Assembly (NCBI GenBank): GCA_944382715.1
Contig: CALWNC010000001.1
Span: 118,872-182,871 of the forward strand
Reading direction: 5' to 3'
Source: an uncultured Clostridia bacterium
Lineage (GTDB): Bacteria > Bacillota > Clostridia > Christensenellales > UBA1242
DNA length: 64,000 bases
Every line of letters begins with the position of its first letter. Position 1 is the stretch's first letter. The position numbers and the translations under genes were made by a program. Below, piece after piece: positions 52,787 through 64,000 of the stretch. The notes under the pieces were generated by a model. The model was not told where the DNA came from. It saw only the letters and a program-made list of their open reading frames with translations, and ran no database searches.

Positions 52787-53070
52787 TAAAAAAATTAACA
52801 TTTCCTAAGAAATATTAAATATTTTTTGGCATAATATCATAATTATTTTAATGATATTTCTTAAATTTGTCAATAGTTTTTGAATAATAATAATTAAAAA
52901 AACAACTTTTGTGCAACTATTGTTATTTTAATTCAACTTGAAAAATAATTAATGAAAATAGACTAATTAATTAATTTTGGTTGTTATGTATCTTTAATAA
53001 TCTTTAAACTCAAAATTCTAAATTTATAAACAATCATTTGTATAATAAAAAAAAATTAAAATATAAATAA

Positions 53071-53099
53071 TTGACACTATTTTTGTCAATAATTATAAT
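53071..53099 (+). promoter_or_regulatory. Consensus promoter placed for a leaderless transcript
   Basis: TTGACA (53071-53076), 17 nt, TATAAT (53094-53099). The ATG at 53106 begins 7 nt after the -10 element. Confidence 0.6.
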
Positions 53100-53105
53100 G
53101 TGCGT

Positions 53106-53582
53106 ATGAAAGATATAAGTATAACTGATGAGCAAATAAATCAGTTTTGGGAAATAGCTCGTCCAATAATTGAGAGCGAAAATTTTCAGAAATTAAAAAA
53201 TTTTTATGCTCATAAAAAAACAACGATTTATGAGCACTGTATTAGCGTTGCTAAACTCAGCTTTTTAAAATCTCTTACCAAAAAAAATATTGACTATGTC
53301 TCTTTAATAAGAGGGGCATTACTTCACGATTATTATTTTTATGACTGGCACAAAAACAAGCCCTTTACCTTTCACGGCTATAAGCACCCTAAAATTGCCG
53401 AACAAAATGCTTGCAGGGATTTTGAGTTGAATGAAAAAGAAAAAAATATCATTAGAAGTCATATGTTCCCACTAACACTCTTTCATTTTCCCAAATGTTC
53501 TGAGGCGTGGATAGTAACCATTTGTGATAAAAAAATCGCAAAAATGGAAATCAGAGGAGAAAAAAATGCAATTTATTTTTAA
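53106..53582 (+). CDS. HD-domain phosphohydrolase
   Basis: EHCISVAKL...GALLHDY shows the H...HD pattern. No SD, with the ATG at the predicted transcription start. Confidence 0.65.
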   Translation: MKDISITDEQINQFWEIARPIIESENFQKLKNFYAHKKTTIYEHCISVAKLSFLKSLTKKNIDYVSLIRGALLHDYYFYDWHKNKPFTFHGYKHPKIAEQNACRDFELNEKEKNIIRSHMFPLTLFHFPKCSEAWIVTICDKKIAKMEIRGEKNAIYF

Positions 53583-54390
53583 AATATTATTTATTTTTAT
53601 ACTTGGCTCAACTTTTGGATATCTACTTGAAGTTGTTTTTAGAAGCATAAAACTCAAGCGATTGGTTAAACCAGGATTTCTAGCAGGGTGTTGTTTACCA
53701 ATATACGGAACAGGTGCCGTAATACTTTATTTGCTATGTCTGATTGATTTAAGCTTTATTGAAAATAAATTTTTGCAAGTCCTTTCATTAGTTATAGTTG
53801 CAACAATTGCAATGACCGTAATTGAATATGTTGCAGGCTTTATATCTATAAAATACTTTAAAAACAGACTTTGGGATTATTCAAATAGATGGGGTAATAT
53901 TCAAGGTATAGTTTGTCCACTTTTCTCTTGTATCTGGGGAGTTTGTTGTCTGCTTTTTTACTTTTTGGTATTCCCATGGATAGGAGATTTTGCAGAGCGA
54001 ATTTCTACAAACATTGTTGCGATTTTCTTTATAGGAATTTACTATGGAGTATTTCTTGTTGACCTAATGTATTCTCTTAATGTAATGGCAAAAATTAGAA
54101 CATACGCAATTAAAGTCAAAGAACTTGTTAATTTTGATAATTTTAAAAAGGCAATTGCAGAAAAATATAAGTCACACTCTGGCAAAAAATCTATCATTAC
54201 ATTCAAGTTATATTCTCGAATCTCAGCATTTTTAGAAGAACATAAATTTTCTAGAAATGCTAAGGTTGAAATTACCACAAATGGGGATAAAGTAATAGAT
54301 ATCGATGTAAAAAAATCCTCACAAGATAATTCAAAAGAACAAAATGCTTTAAACAAAAGTGAAAATGATGAAACTAATGAGAATAAGTAA
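53566..54390 (+). CDS. Polytopic membrane protein (putative ABC-transporter type IV / CmpB-like family)
   Basis: MQFIFKILFIFILGSTFGYLLEVVFRS N-terminus is typical of that family. AGAGGAGA SD present. Overlaps the HD gene by 17 nt. Confidence 0.55.
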   Translation: MQFIFKILFIFILGSTFGYLLEVVFRSIKLKRLVKPGFLAGCCLPIYGTGAVILYLLCLIDLSFIENKFLQVLSLVIVATIAMTVIEYVAGFISIKYFKNRLWDYSNRWGNIQGIVCPLFSCIWGVCCLLFYFLVFPWIGDFAERISTNIVAIFFIGIYYGVFLVDLMYSLNVMAKIRTYAIKVKELVNFDNFKKAIAEKYKSHSGKKSIITFKLYSRISAFLEEHKFSRNAKVEITTNGDKVIDIDVKKSSQDNSKEQNALNKSENDETNENK

Positions 54391-54732
54391 GTTCAATTTG
54401 TGCATTCAATATTTATATTATAAATCTTAATTAATCATAAAATATTTTAATTAAACAACTCTTTAAATAAATATAGTAAATCATTAAAACTACAAATATT
54501 GAGTTCCTTTTAAGACTCAAAAATGATTTAAAATAATAATTTAAAGAAAATTGAACTAATTTCTTAGTTTTTTATAATAGTTTTGCAGAAATTTAATAGA
54601 AATAAAGAAAATAACACCACAATTGGTGTTATTTTCTTTGAAAAAACGCAAACTTTTATTAATTAATAAAAAATTACTTTATATTATATCTAAAAGTTTA
54701 TTTTTTAATTTTTATAATCTTAAATAATAAAT

Positions 54733-55143
54733 CTATTTATCCATTAAATTAATTTGAGTTAGATTATATTGTTTTTCTAATTCTATTGCAAAATCACCTA
54801 GCAAATACGAAATCTCTATTGGTCTCCAACCTTTTTGTATGCGTTCTTCCACATCACCAGCAGCATTTACTGCTCGTTTAATGTCTTGCTCGTTTTTTAT
54901 AACTGTCCCCTTAACATCAACAATATATGGCTTTTCAAAATTAAAATCAACAATATAAAATGGAACATCTGATAATTTTATATCTTGACCAAATCTCTTC
55001 ATATAGGCAATTGCCCAATGTGTATTATCAACAAAAATTTTTCTATTACTAGTAATAACAATTCTAATCGGACGAAGATTCAATGATTTGCTCATTTCAC
55101 AGATTTTATTATACTCAAATGGCACTCTTTCTTCTTCTTTCAT
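54733..55143 (-). CDS. Hypothetical protein; the open frame continues upstream without a start codon (possible frameshifted or decaying gene up to ~55243)
   Basis: 136-aa ORF from the ATG at 55143 with no SD. The same frame stays open to 55228. An ATG at 55243 sits in another frame, joined through an A7 run (T-run 55216-55222). Confidence 0.5.
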   Translation of the reverse strand: MKEEERVPFEYNKICEMSKSLNLRPIRIVITSNRKIFVDNTHWAIAYMKRFGQDIKLSDVPFYIVDFNFEKPYIVDVKGTVIKNEQDIKRAVNAAGDVEERIQKGWRPIEISYLLGDFAIELEKQYNLTQINLMDK

Positions 55144-55341
55144 AAATCTATGAGAACCAAAAACAACCCACTTATAGCCAACTTTATCTGCTAAGTCTTC
55201 AAGAGTTTTTGTTTCTTTTTTTACTTTTTACAATATGTTTCATTCTAAGTCTTTAAACTTGTATTAAAAATTTTATCAGCCATTTGACTGACTAAGTTAT
55301 ATTCATTAAAATCAATTAAAGTATAGTCAAAATAGTTACTC

Positions 55342-55833
55342 TCATTTTTCTCCAAATTTTAACTCTAGCTTATACCAACAAATTCCATAGTCAAAATGTT
55401 CACCACGATTTTTAAATGGAAACAAGTTATACATTTTTAACGCATTTTTATTTTCTTTAGCAACAATAATTCTCATTCCATCATAGCCCCTTGACTTTAA
55501 ATCTTCAACAATAAAAGTCAAAAACTTTTTCCCAATTCCCCTGCCCTGCAAACTAGGTTCTACGCAAATTCTAGCTATTCGTGAAGGCTTTTTTAGCTTA
55601 TATCTCCAACCTAAAACATGATCTGGCTGTTCCCTTTCTCCAATATATGATACGGCAATAAGTTTATCATTTTCAAAAAGTCCAACTAAACCCTGTGATA
55701 TTATATCGTCTTTAATCATATCAAAACTAGGATAATTTTCGTCCCAGCCATATGTGTGCGAATTCTTTATAACTCTCTTATACAAGCTATATGCTTCTTC
55801 CAAGTTATAGGTATTTAATTTTCGATATTCCAT
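55342..55833 (-). CDS. GNAT family N-acetyltransferase
   Basis: RICVEPSLQGRGIGKKFL is the acetyl-CoA binding motif A. Confidence 0.8.
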   Translation of the reverse strand: MEYRKLNTYNLEEAYSLYKRVIKNSHTYGWDENYPSFDMIKDDIISQGLVGLFENDKLIAVSYIGEREQPDHVLGWRYKLKKPSRIARICVEPSLQGRGIGKKFLTFIVEDLKSRGYDGMRIIVAKENKNALKMYNLFPFKNRGEHFDYGICWYKLELKFGEK

Positions 55834-56089
55834 AGTGAAATGATATCACTAATATTCTTTAACTGTCAAGATAAAATGTATAGAGGAATATATAATTATA
55901 ATTATTTTATCAATTTGATTTATCTTCTTTACACCTAAATACAAAAAAATGTAAAAATTCTTAACAAAATTATTACTTAACAAAATAATTAAAATACTTC
56001 GCAAGTATTTTTAGTAAAAATTTTCAATAACAAAAATTAAATTTAATCTTTTTATAAAACTAAATTTAACTTAAATAATATTTTTAGCA

Positions 56090-56120
56090 CAAAAAAAACA
56101 ACCACATAAAGTGGTTGTTT
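56090..56120 (-). terminator. Intrinsic terminator of the 16S transcription unit
   Basis: AACAACCAC/GTGGTTGTT stem followed by T8-9 on the minus strand, about 180 nt after the 16S 3' end. Confidence 0.8.
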
Positions 56121-56301
56121 ATAATCACAAATTAATTAATATATTGATATACTTTTTATAGGTAAATTCTTGTGCGTTACATTTTAATAAACTTTGATGT
56201 GTTTACTGATCATCAAAGATGCTTTAAAGCATTTTTTCAAAGTTTTATTGGAACCAAAGGTTCCTCAATCGACAAGATGTAGTGAAAAACACTACTCCTT
56301 T

Positions 56302-57825
<1,524 letters not shown>

Positions 57826-57992
57826 AAATTCATAACTCTAATAGACATTAATACTGACTAATAAAGTTTGTATTTTAAGTATGTAATAATTTCTCAAGAA
57901 ATTAACAAGAATTTTATTTATAAAACCTTGTACATTTCAATATATTAATTTGTCAATTTGCGATTTGCTCCACATTTTTGTGGAACAGACTC

Positions 57993-58021
57993 AATATATC
58001 AAATTTAAAATATGTTGTCAA
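57993..58021 (-). promoter_or_regulatory. 16S proximal promoter (P2)
   Basis: TTGACA (58016-58021), 17 nt, TATATT (57993-57998), with a T/A UP-like tract upstream. Confidence 0.65.
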
Positions 58022-58097
58022 GCATTTTTTAAAAAATATTTAAAAAATTTTGAAATATTTTAAATTAATATATTGTTGCCAACCAAATACATTTGTT

Positions 58098-58139
58098 CGA
58101 CAACTCTTATAAGATACTACAAAATAAAATACTTGTCAA
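58098..58139 (-). promoter_or_regulatory. 16S distal promoter (P1) plus conserved downstream box
   Basis: TTGACA (58134-58139), 17 nt, TATCTT (58111-58116). Box CTTATAAGAGTTGTCG at 58098-58113. Confidence 0.6.
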
Positions 58140-58262
58140 CACTTTTTTTAAAAAAAATTAAAATATTTTTAAGAAAGTTTTTTATTGACATAAAAAGCAT
58201 AGAATTAAATAAAATTCTATGCTTTTTTAGAATTATAAAGGTTTATTTTTTATGTAATTCAA

Positions 58263-59876
58263 TTAATCGCCAAATCCTCCTTCAAGATTTTTCATTGTTT
58301 CGCGTTTAAATGAATTTGTGGCGTTATTTGTATACGACTTATCAGAAATTTTCATTGTATCATTAATTGCAGTATTTACGGCACTATCAATATTTTTTTC
58401 TTCCACATTTTCATAAGGATAGATAACTTTTAGTGCACTTTTAAATTTATCTATTGAGATTGGCTTGCCTGTCATATTTAAATTTTGATTGCGAAGCTCT
58501 GAGTAAACGACACTTGACATAACTGAGCGTGTAAGTTTATTAGCAACGGTTGCCCATCTAGTCTGATAGGCATCTTCAAGGACTTGGAAATCCTCAAGCG
58601 AAGTTTGAGCAAGTTCATCAAGTTCTCTATAAATATCCACAACATAACTTCGTGCAGAATCTTTAAAATCCAACTTTTTGTCGGACAGATAATTCTTTTT
58701 CAACATCTTAATTCTTTCACTTACAAATTTATCATCAATCCCACCAAGCATACAAAGAGATAGCAAAAATTCAAAGGACGACCCATAAGGAACTTCTGGC
58801 TTAACTTGATAAATATCAGCTGGAACATCATAAGATTTAAATATATTTTTAAGTGTATGAGCGGCATAATTACATTTATACTTATCACCTACAAGGTCTT
58901 TAACAACCTCTTCAGAGATATTGTATTTTTCTTCAAGCCCAAGTAATTTAATAATTTTTGAGTAGTTCCCTGAACTGTCCTTACCAAAAGTTTCACCGTA
59001 ATAATCACCATCAATACTCTTTAGTGCATATTCATCATTTGGATAAAAAAACATTGCGTCGTCTGAAACTTTAATTTTTTTGCCTAAGCAGTTTTTATCC
59101 GATAAAGGGACTAAGCAAAATGAATAAGTTCTCTTATCTTCCTTTCCTTCATCAACACGATCCCAACAAGCATCAGATAGGTACAACCCATGAATATCAT
59201 ACTTGTCATCGTCAATATAAACCAAATTATTTTCGTGATTAGCCAAAAATCTATCATTTTTATTATAAGTTTTGCATGCCTGAGTATAGCATTTTATACC
59301 TACGGCGTTGCAAATGTACTCCATAAGTTGAGCATAACCCACACAAACAATATCATCACCATTCATAAGAGCAATAATATCTCTTGATTTTGCCTTATTT
59401 TTTTCATTCTCATGATATATTTTACGCGTTAAAAAGTCATAAATGATAAGATACTTTTCAAATGGTGAGAGTGGTTCTTGTTTAATTGTATCAATTAAAT
59501 CATTGAGTTTTTTTTGAGCTATAATTACTTCATTAATATTATAATTTTTATCAATACCACCATCAAAATTTAAATTTATTTTATCTTTTTTTAAATTATC
59601 TTCAAGTCTTAAAAATTGCCACATATCCGTAGCTGTAAAATGTTTACTAGCAGCCTTAATGCCTATTGAAACATTATAGCCTGCATTTTTGACTTCTCTA
59701 GCAAATGAAACAATTTTTTTTATAGTTTCAGAGTCATAAATGTTAAGATTAAAAACAAGGTTAACATTAGAATTTCCTGAACTATTACCGTTAACCATTT
59801 CTACAGAAGCATCTGCAAGAGAATTAATTTCAATATTTTTAATGTTAAGAGTCTCAAAATCTTTCTCGTCACTCAT
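58263..59876 (-). CDS. Hypothetical 537-aa protein, paralog of 40907-42178; putative transglutaminase-like Cys-His-Asp core
   Basis: DDIVCVGYAQLMEYICNAVGIKCY ... NHENNLVYIDDDKYDIHGLYLSDACWD. GAGG SD present. Confidence 0.6.
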   Translation of the reverse strand: MSDEKDFETLNIKNIEINSLADASVEMVNGNSSGNSNVNLVFNLNIYDSETIKKIVSFAREVKNAGYNVSIGIKAASKHFTATDMWQFLRLEDNLKKDKINLNFDGGIDKNYNINEVIIAQKKLNDLIDTIKQEPLSPFEKYLIIYDFLTRKIYHENEKNKAKSRDIIALMNGDDIVCVGYAQLMEYICNAVGIKCYTQACKTYNKNDRFLANHENNLVYIDDDKYDIHGLYLSDACWDRVDEGKEDKRTYSFCLVPLSDKNCLGKKIKVSDDAMFFYPNDEYALKSIDGDYYGETFGKDSSGNYSKIIKLLGLEEKYNISEEVVKDLVGDKYKCNYAAHTLKNIFKSYDVPADIYQVKPEVPYGSSFEFLLSLCMLGGIDDKFVSERIKMLKKNYLSDKKLDFKDSARSYVVDIYRELDELAQTSLEDFQVLEDAYQTRWATVANKLTRSVMSSVVYSELRNQNLNMTGKPISIDKFKSALKVIYPYENVEEKNIDSAVNTAINDTMKISDKSYTNNATNSFKRETMKNLEGGFGD

Positions 59877-59994
59877 ATTAATAACCTCAAAAAATATATT
59901 CGCAATAATATATTAACAATTTTTTAATAATTTTTCAATAGGGTAATAAAAAAAAGATAAAATTGTTTAAATTTACAACTTTATCTTTAATTAA

Positions 59995-61158
59995 TTAAAC
60001 TTCTATAATTTTTCCGTTTTTAATTACACTATCAATAACTCCACCACCCAAACAGTTGTCATATTTAGAATTTTTATCTTGCTTATATAAAACAACATAC
60101 TGACCTGGAGTTATTGCACGCTGTCTTTCTGCAAAAGTAACAAGAACACTCCCGTCATCATTAATATTAACCTTAACCTTTTGGTCTGGTTGACGATATC
60201 TAAATTTTGCAGTGCATTCAAATTCTTTTTCGTCAGGGACTTTTGGTATCCAATTAAATTTGTTAGAAATAAGTGCATCTGAATAAAGAGCATCATCATC
60301 ACCTTCTGCAACATAGAGTGTGTTAGTTTTGAGATCCTTTTTAACCACAAACCAACATTCCCCATTTTCACCATGACCACCACCAATTTTAAGTCCTTTT
60401 CTTTGGCCAAGAGTGTAATACATAAGTCCATCATGTTCACCAATAACTTCGCCGTTATTGATATTGACAATTTTACCCGGTTTGGCTGGCAAATACTCTT
60501 GCAAGAAATTTTTAAAGTTACGCTCCCCAATAAAACAAATACCAGTACTATCTTTTTTATGCGCAGTAACTAGTCCATTATCTTCAGCAATTTTACGAAT
60601 TTCGCTCTTTGTCATCTTACCAATAGGAAAAATAACCTTAGAGAGCTGGGTTTGTGAAAGCTGATTTAAAAAATAAGTCTGGTCTTTTTCTTTATCTTCT
60701 GACTTTTTAAGATAATAATATCCATTTTCATCACAATCAATATTGCAGTAATGTCCTGTAGCAATTTTATCAGCACCAATGCTTTCGGCAAATCTCAAAA
60801 ATGGGCCAAACTTTATCTCTCTATTACAGAGAACATCTGGGTTTGGAGTTCTTCCATTTTTATACTCCTCTAGAAACTGCTTAAATACATTGTCCATGTA
60901 TTCTTTTGAAAAATCAATTGAATAATATGGAATTCCTATTTTGTTTGCAACCTTCTTAACATCATTATAGTCGTCAACGGCAGTGCAAACACCATTTGGG
61001 TCATTTTCTTCCCAGTTATTCATAAAAAGACCAATAACATTGTAGCCTTGTTGCTTTAAAAGCAAAGCAACAACTGAAGAATCTACACCCCCGCTCATAC
61101 CAACAACAATTGTAGTTTCGCTCTTATTAACCTTTTCATCAATAATATTATCCCGCAT
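59995..61158 (-). CDS. mnmA: tRNA 2-thiouridine(34) synthase MnmA
   Basis: PP-loop [12 protein letters not shown] and the overall MnmA pattern (ATGHY, CFIGE). Confidence 0.93.
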   Translation of the reverse strand: MRDNIIDEKVNKSETTIVVGMSGGVDSSVVALLLKQQGYNVIGLFMNNWEENDPNGVCTAVDDYNDVKKVANKIGIPYYSIDFSKEYMDNVFKQFLEEYKNGRTPNPDVLCNREIKFGPFLRFAESIGADKIATGHYCNIDCDENGYYYLKKSEDKEKDQTYFLNQLSQTQLSKVIFPIGKMTKSEIRKIAEDNGLVTAHKKDSTGICFIGERNFKNFLQEYLPAKPGKIVNINNGEVIGEHDGLMYYTLGQRKGLKIGGGHGENGECWFVVKKDLKTNTLYVAEGDDDALYSDALISNKFNWIPKVPDEKEFECTAKFRYRQPDQKVKVNINDDGSVLVTFAERQRAITPGQYVVLYKQDKNSKYDNCLGGGVIDSVIKNGKIIEV

Positions 61159-61174
61159 AGTAATACCTCTAATA

Positions 61175-62599
61175 TTATTTTTTCTTTTTCTTCTTTTCAG
61201 CCTTTTTGTTTTTTATAGTTTTTTCATATTTTTTTCTATAAGCACTTCTACTTGATGCATTCGGCGTGCTCAAAGAATCTTCTTCGCTCTGCTCTTGATT
61301 TTGCATATCTTCACTTGAGTTACTCTCATCATCGCCATTAGATACAGTCCCGTCATCAAAAGTTTTGAGTTCTTCTATAGTAGACTCATCAACAATCTCT
61401 TTTATTTCTCTCTCTATCTCTGCCTTATCAGCATTTTCCGAATTTTCTAATTTTCCTTTCTTTTTCAAGTCTTGGTTTTCATCTTCTTCAAATTTCGCAA
61501 TGTCATTTTCTATTTTGCTCTTTTCTTCAATTTCAGCCTGTTTACGCTTTTCTTTTTCAATCAATCTCTGTCTTCTTTCACGCTGTCTTTCCTGATGATT
61601 GCGTTTTACTCTTCCAAGCCAAACTTTAAATCTAACCCACCAAGGTTTATGGTATAAATCCATATCTATATATTTTCTGCCAAGTTTTGCACGCGTTTCT
61701 ACATTGAGCCCTGCAATAAACCTATCTCGCTGAAATTTATACTTAAACTGATTAAATATTATGTTAATGATATCAGATAGCCAAATAAATAGAACCACAA
61801 ACCCAGCAAAGCCACCAATTGAAACTTGAATTGAAGCAAAGAAAGAGCTATATGGCGTAAGCATAGTGACTAATGTTGTAACAATGAGGGCAATAACAGA
61901 AACCCAGCCCTTTCTCTTGTTTTTAGCATAAAAGTTATGTGCACCCACCCAGCCAAGAAATATTGCAAGAAGTAGTAGTTTAGATTTTTTTACAAAACTT
62001 GGTCTAATCTTTGCAGCTTTATTAACTTCTTTTTTTATCTTTGACCTAGCAAAATGTCTATCGGCGAATTTATAAATTTCCCACCATTTGAGTTTTGGTG
62101 GAATGTAATCGCCTCTTGACTTCTTTATACTATATGATTGTTCAAATTGTTTGTCGATAATTTTACCAGTTTCTTCACCAACAATTTCTACATCGGAGGT
62201 ATTTATGTCAAACTCACCATTTTCATCAATCATAAAGCGAGGCTTCGCTTGAAGTCTTTTCCTTTTTTTACGCCTTTCTGAGTATGTATCTGTATCAAGA
62301 ATTTCATCAGGATCAGGAACTCCACTATTGACGGCAAATTGAGAAAAATCAATTTCATCTGAATCCAAGTGTTGCTTCTTTGCTTGTTTTTTAGCTTGTT
62401 TTGCCTGCTTCTTTTCTTCCTTGCGTTTTCTCTTTTCTTCTCTTTTTGATGGAATTACAACTTCTTCCGTTTCTTCACTTTCGCTTTGTAAATTAAACTT
62501 TTTTTCAATATCTTGCATTTGGCTAACAGGAAGCCCACAGCGAGGACAAACTTTGTCTGTCTGTGATATTTCCGATGAGCATCTTGGGCATCGTTTCAT
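61175..62599 (-). CDS. Zinc-ribbon / TM2-domain membrane protein with K/E-rich low-complexity arms
   Basis: N-terminal CPRC...CPRCG. Central [25 protein letters not shown] is TM2-like. Only 16 nt upstream of mnmA. Confidence 0.65.
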   Translation of the reverse strand: MKRCPRCSSEISQTDKVCPRCGLPVSQMQDIEKKFNLQSESEETEEVVIPSKREEKRKRKEEKKQAKQAKKQAKKQHLDSDEIDFSQFAVNSGVPDPDEILDTDTYSERRKKRKRLQAKPRFMIDENGEFDINTSDVEIVGEETGKIIDKQFEQSYSIKKSRGDYIPPKLKWWEIYKFADRHFARSKIKKEVNKAAKIRPSFVKKSKLLLLAIFLGWVGAHNFYAKNKRKGWVSVIALIVTTLVTMLTPYSSFFASIQVSIGGFAGFVVLFIWLSDIINIIFNQFKYKFQRDRFIAGLNVETRAKLGRKYIDMDLYHKPWWVRFKVWLGRVKRNHQERQRERRQRLIEKEKRKQAEIEEKSKIENDIAKFEEDENQDLKKKGKLENSENADKAEIEREIKEIVDESTIEELKTFDDGTVSNGDDESNSSEDMQNQEQSEEDSLSTPNASSRSAYRKKYEKTIKNKKAEKKKKKK

Positions 62600-62674
62600 A
62601 AAATCACCAATTCCTTATAGTTATACAATTTTAATATAGCACATAAATTACTAAATGTAAAATTATTTAAAAAT

Positions 62675-62699
62675 AAAAACTGACAAATGTCAGTTTTTA
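62675..62699. terminator. Bidirectional hairpin terminator after gap
   Basis: ACTGAC-AAAT-GTCAGT hairpin flanked by A5 and T5. Confidence 0.65.
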
Positions 62700-62727
62700 T
62701 ATAGCATAGAAGTTTTATAAGCAAAAA

Positions 62728-63771
<1,044 letters not shown>

Positions 63772-63970
63772 TTATTATTATTTTTGACAATTTGATTGTA
63801 CTCTAAACAAAAAAATAAATCAAATAAATAAATTTATGTTTACAAAATTTTTCTATTTTTTTATAATATTAATGTAGAATTATATTTTATTAAATTTGGC
63901 AAAAATTTATTTGAAATGTAACAATAATATAGTTTTACTGAAATAAATAAAAAGGAAGGATGTTTAATTA

Positions 63971-64000
63971 TGGCATTAGTAAATACGGATAAGATGCTAA
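63971..64000 (+). CDS. 5' end of an ORF, possibly class II fructose-bisphosphate aldolase (partial)
   Basis: MALVNTDKML resembles class II FBA N-termini (M.LV...EML) and is divergent from gap. Only 10 codons are visible. Confidence 0.35.

Noticed and set aside
34002-56301. A mobile element or prophage as the cause of the rrn split
   Set aside because: No integrase, transposase, recombinase, phage genes or flanking direct or inverted repeats are visible. The intervening DNA contains core housekeeping operons, so rearrangement rather than a simple insertion is implied.

Overview
Very AT-rich Firmicutes-type (Clostridia-like gene order) chromosomal segment dominated by translation genes. It uses the standard bacterial code: TGA is the rplI stop and TGG encodes Trp throughout. 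Left to right: a partial tmRNA with smpB and rnr (minus strand), then mgtE. A ~630-bp non-coding AT island with 10-bp phased repeats follows. Next is the complete S10-spc-alpha ribosomal supercluster, rpsJ to rplQ, 31 genes on the minus strand (5.5-21.4 kb), with a consensus promoter and a ~260-nt leader. rplI is translationally coupled to an unknown 527-aa protein. An accessory, partly decaying stretch (23.9-30.4 kb) holds a DUF1540 protein, an MBL-hydrolase relic, a TIM-barrel isomerase, an orphan pilin, and two paralogs of an unknown domain, one fused to GNAT and one carrying an in-frame TAG. Then come 23S-5S rRNA (30.8-34.0 kb), a six-gene block, a free-standing tRNA-Ile(GAU)-tRNA-Ala(UGC) unit (39.0-39.15 kb), and about 17 kb of mixed housekeeping and unknown genes (dapB, initiator tRNA, yabP-yabQ-divIC, recD2, tmk, rpmG-secE-nusG-rplK-rplA and others). 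The window ends with 16S rRNA (56.3-57.8 kb), mnmA, a TM2/zinc-ribbon protein and gap. The main result is that the canonical rrn operon (16S, Ile, Ala, 23S, 5S) keeps its order and orientation but is split into three separately promoted and terminated units. The 16S and 23S units carry paralogous tandem promoters. I saw no transposase, integrase, CRISPR array or recognisable defence system. All calls were made by eye from the sequence and ORF track, and RNA and small-feature coordinates are approximate to a few nt.
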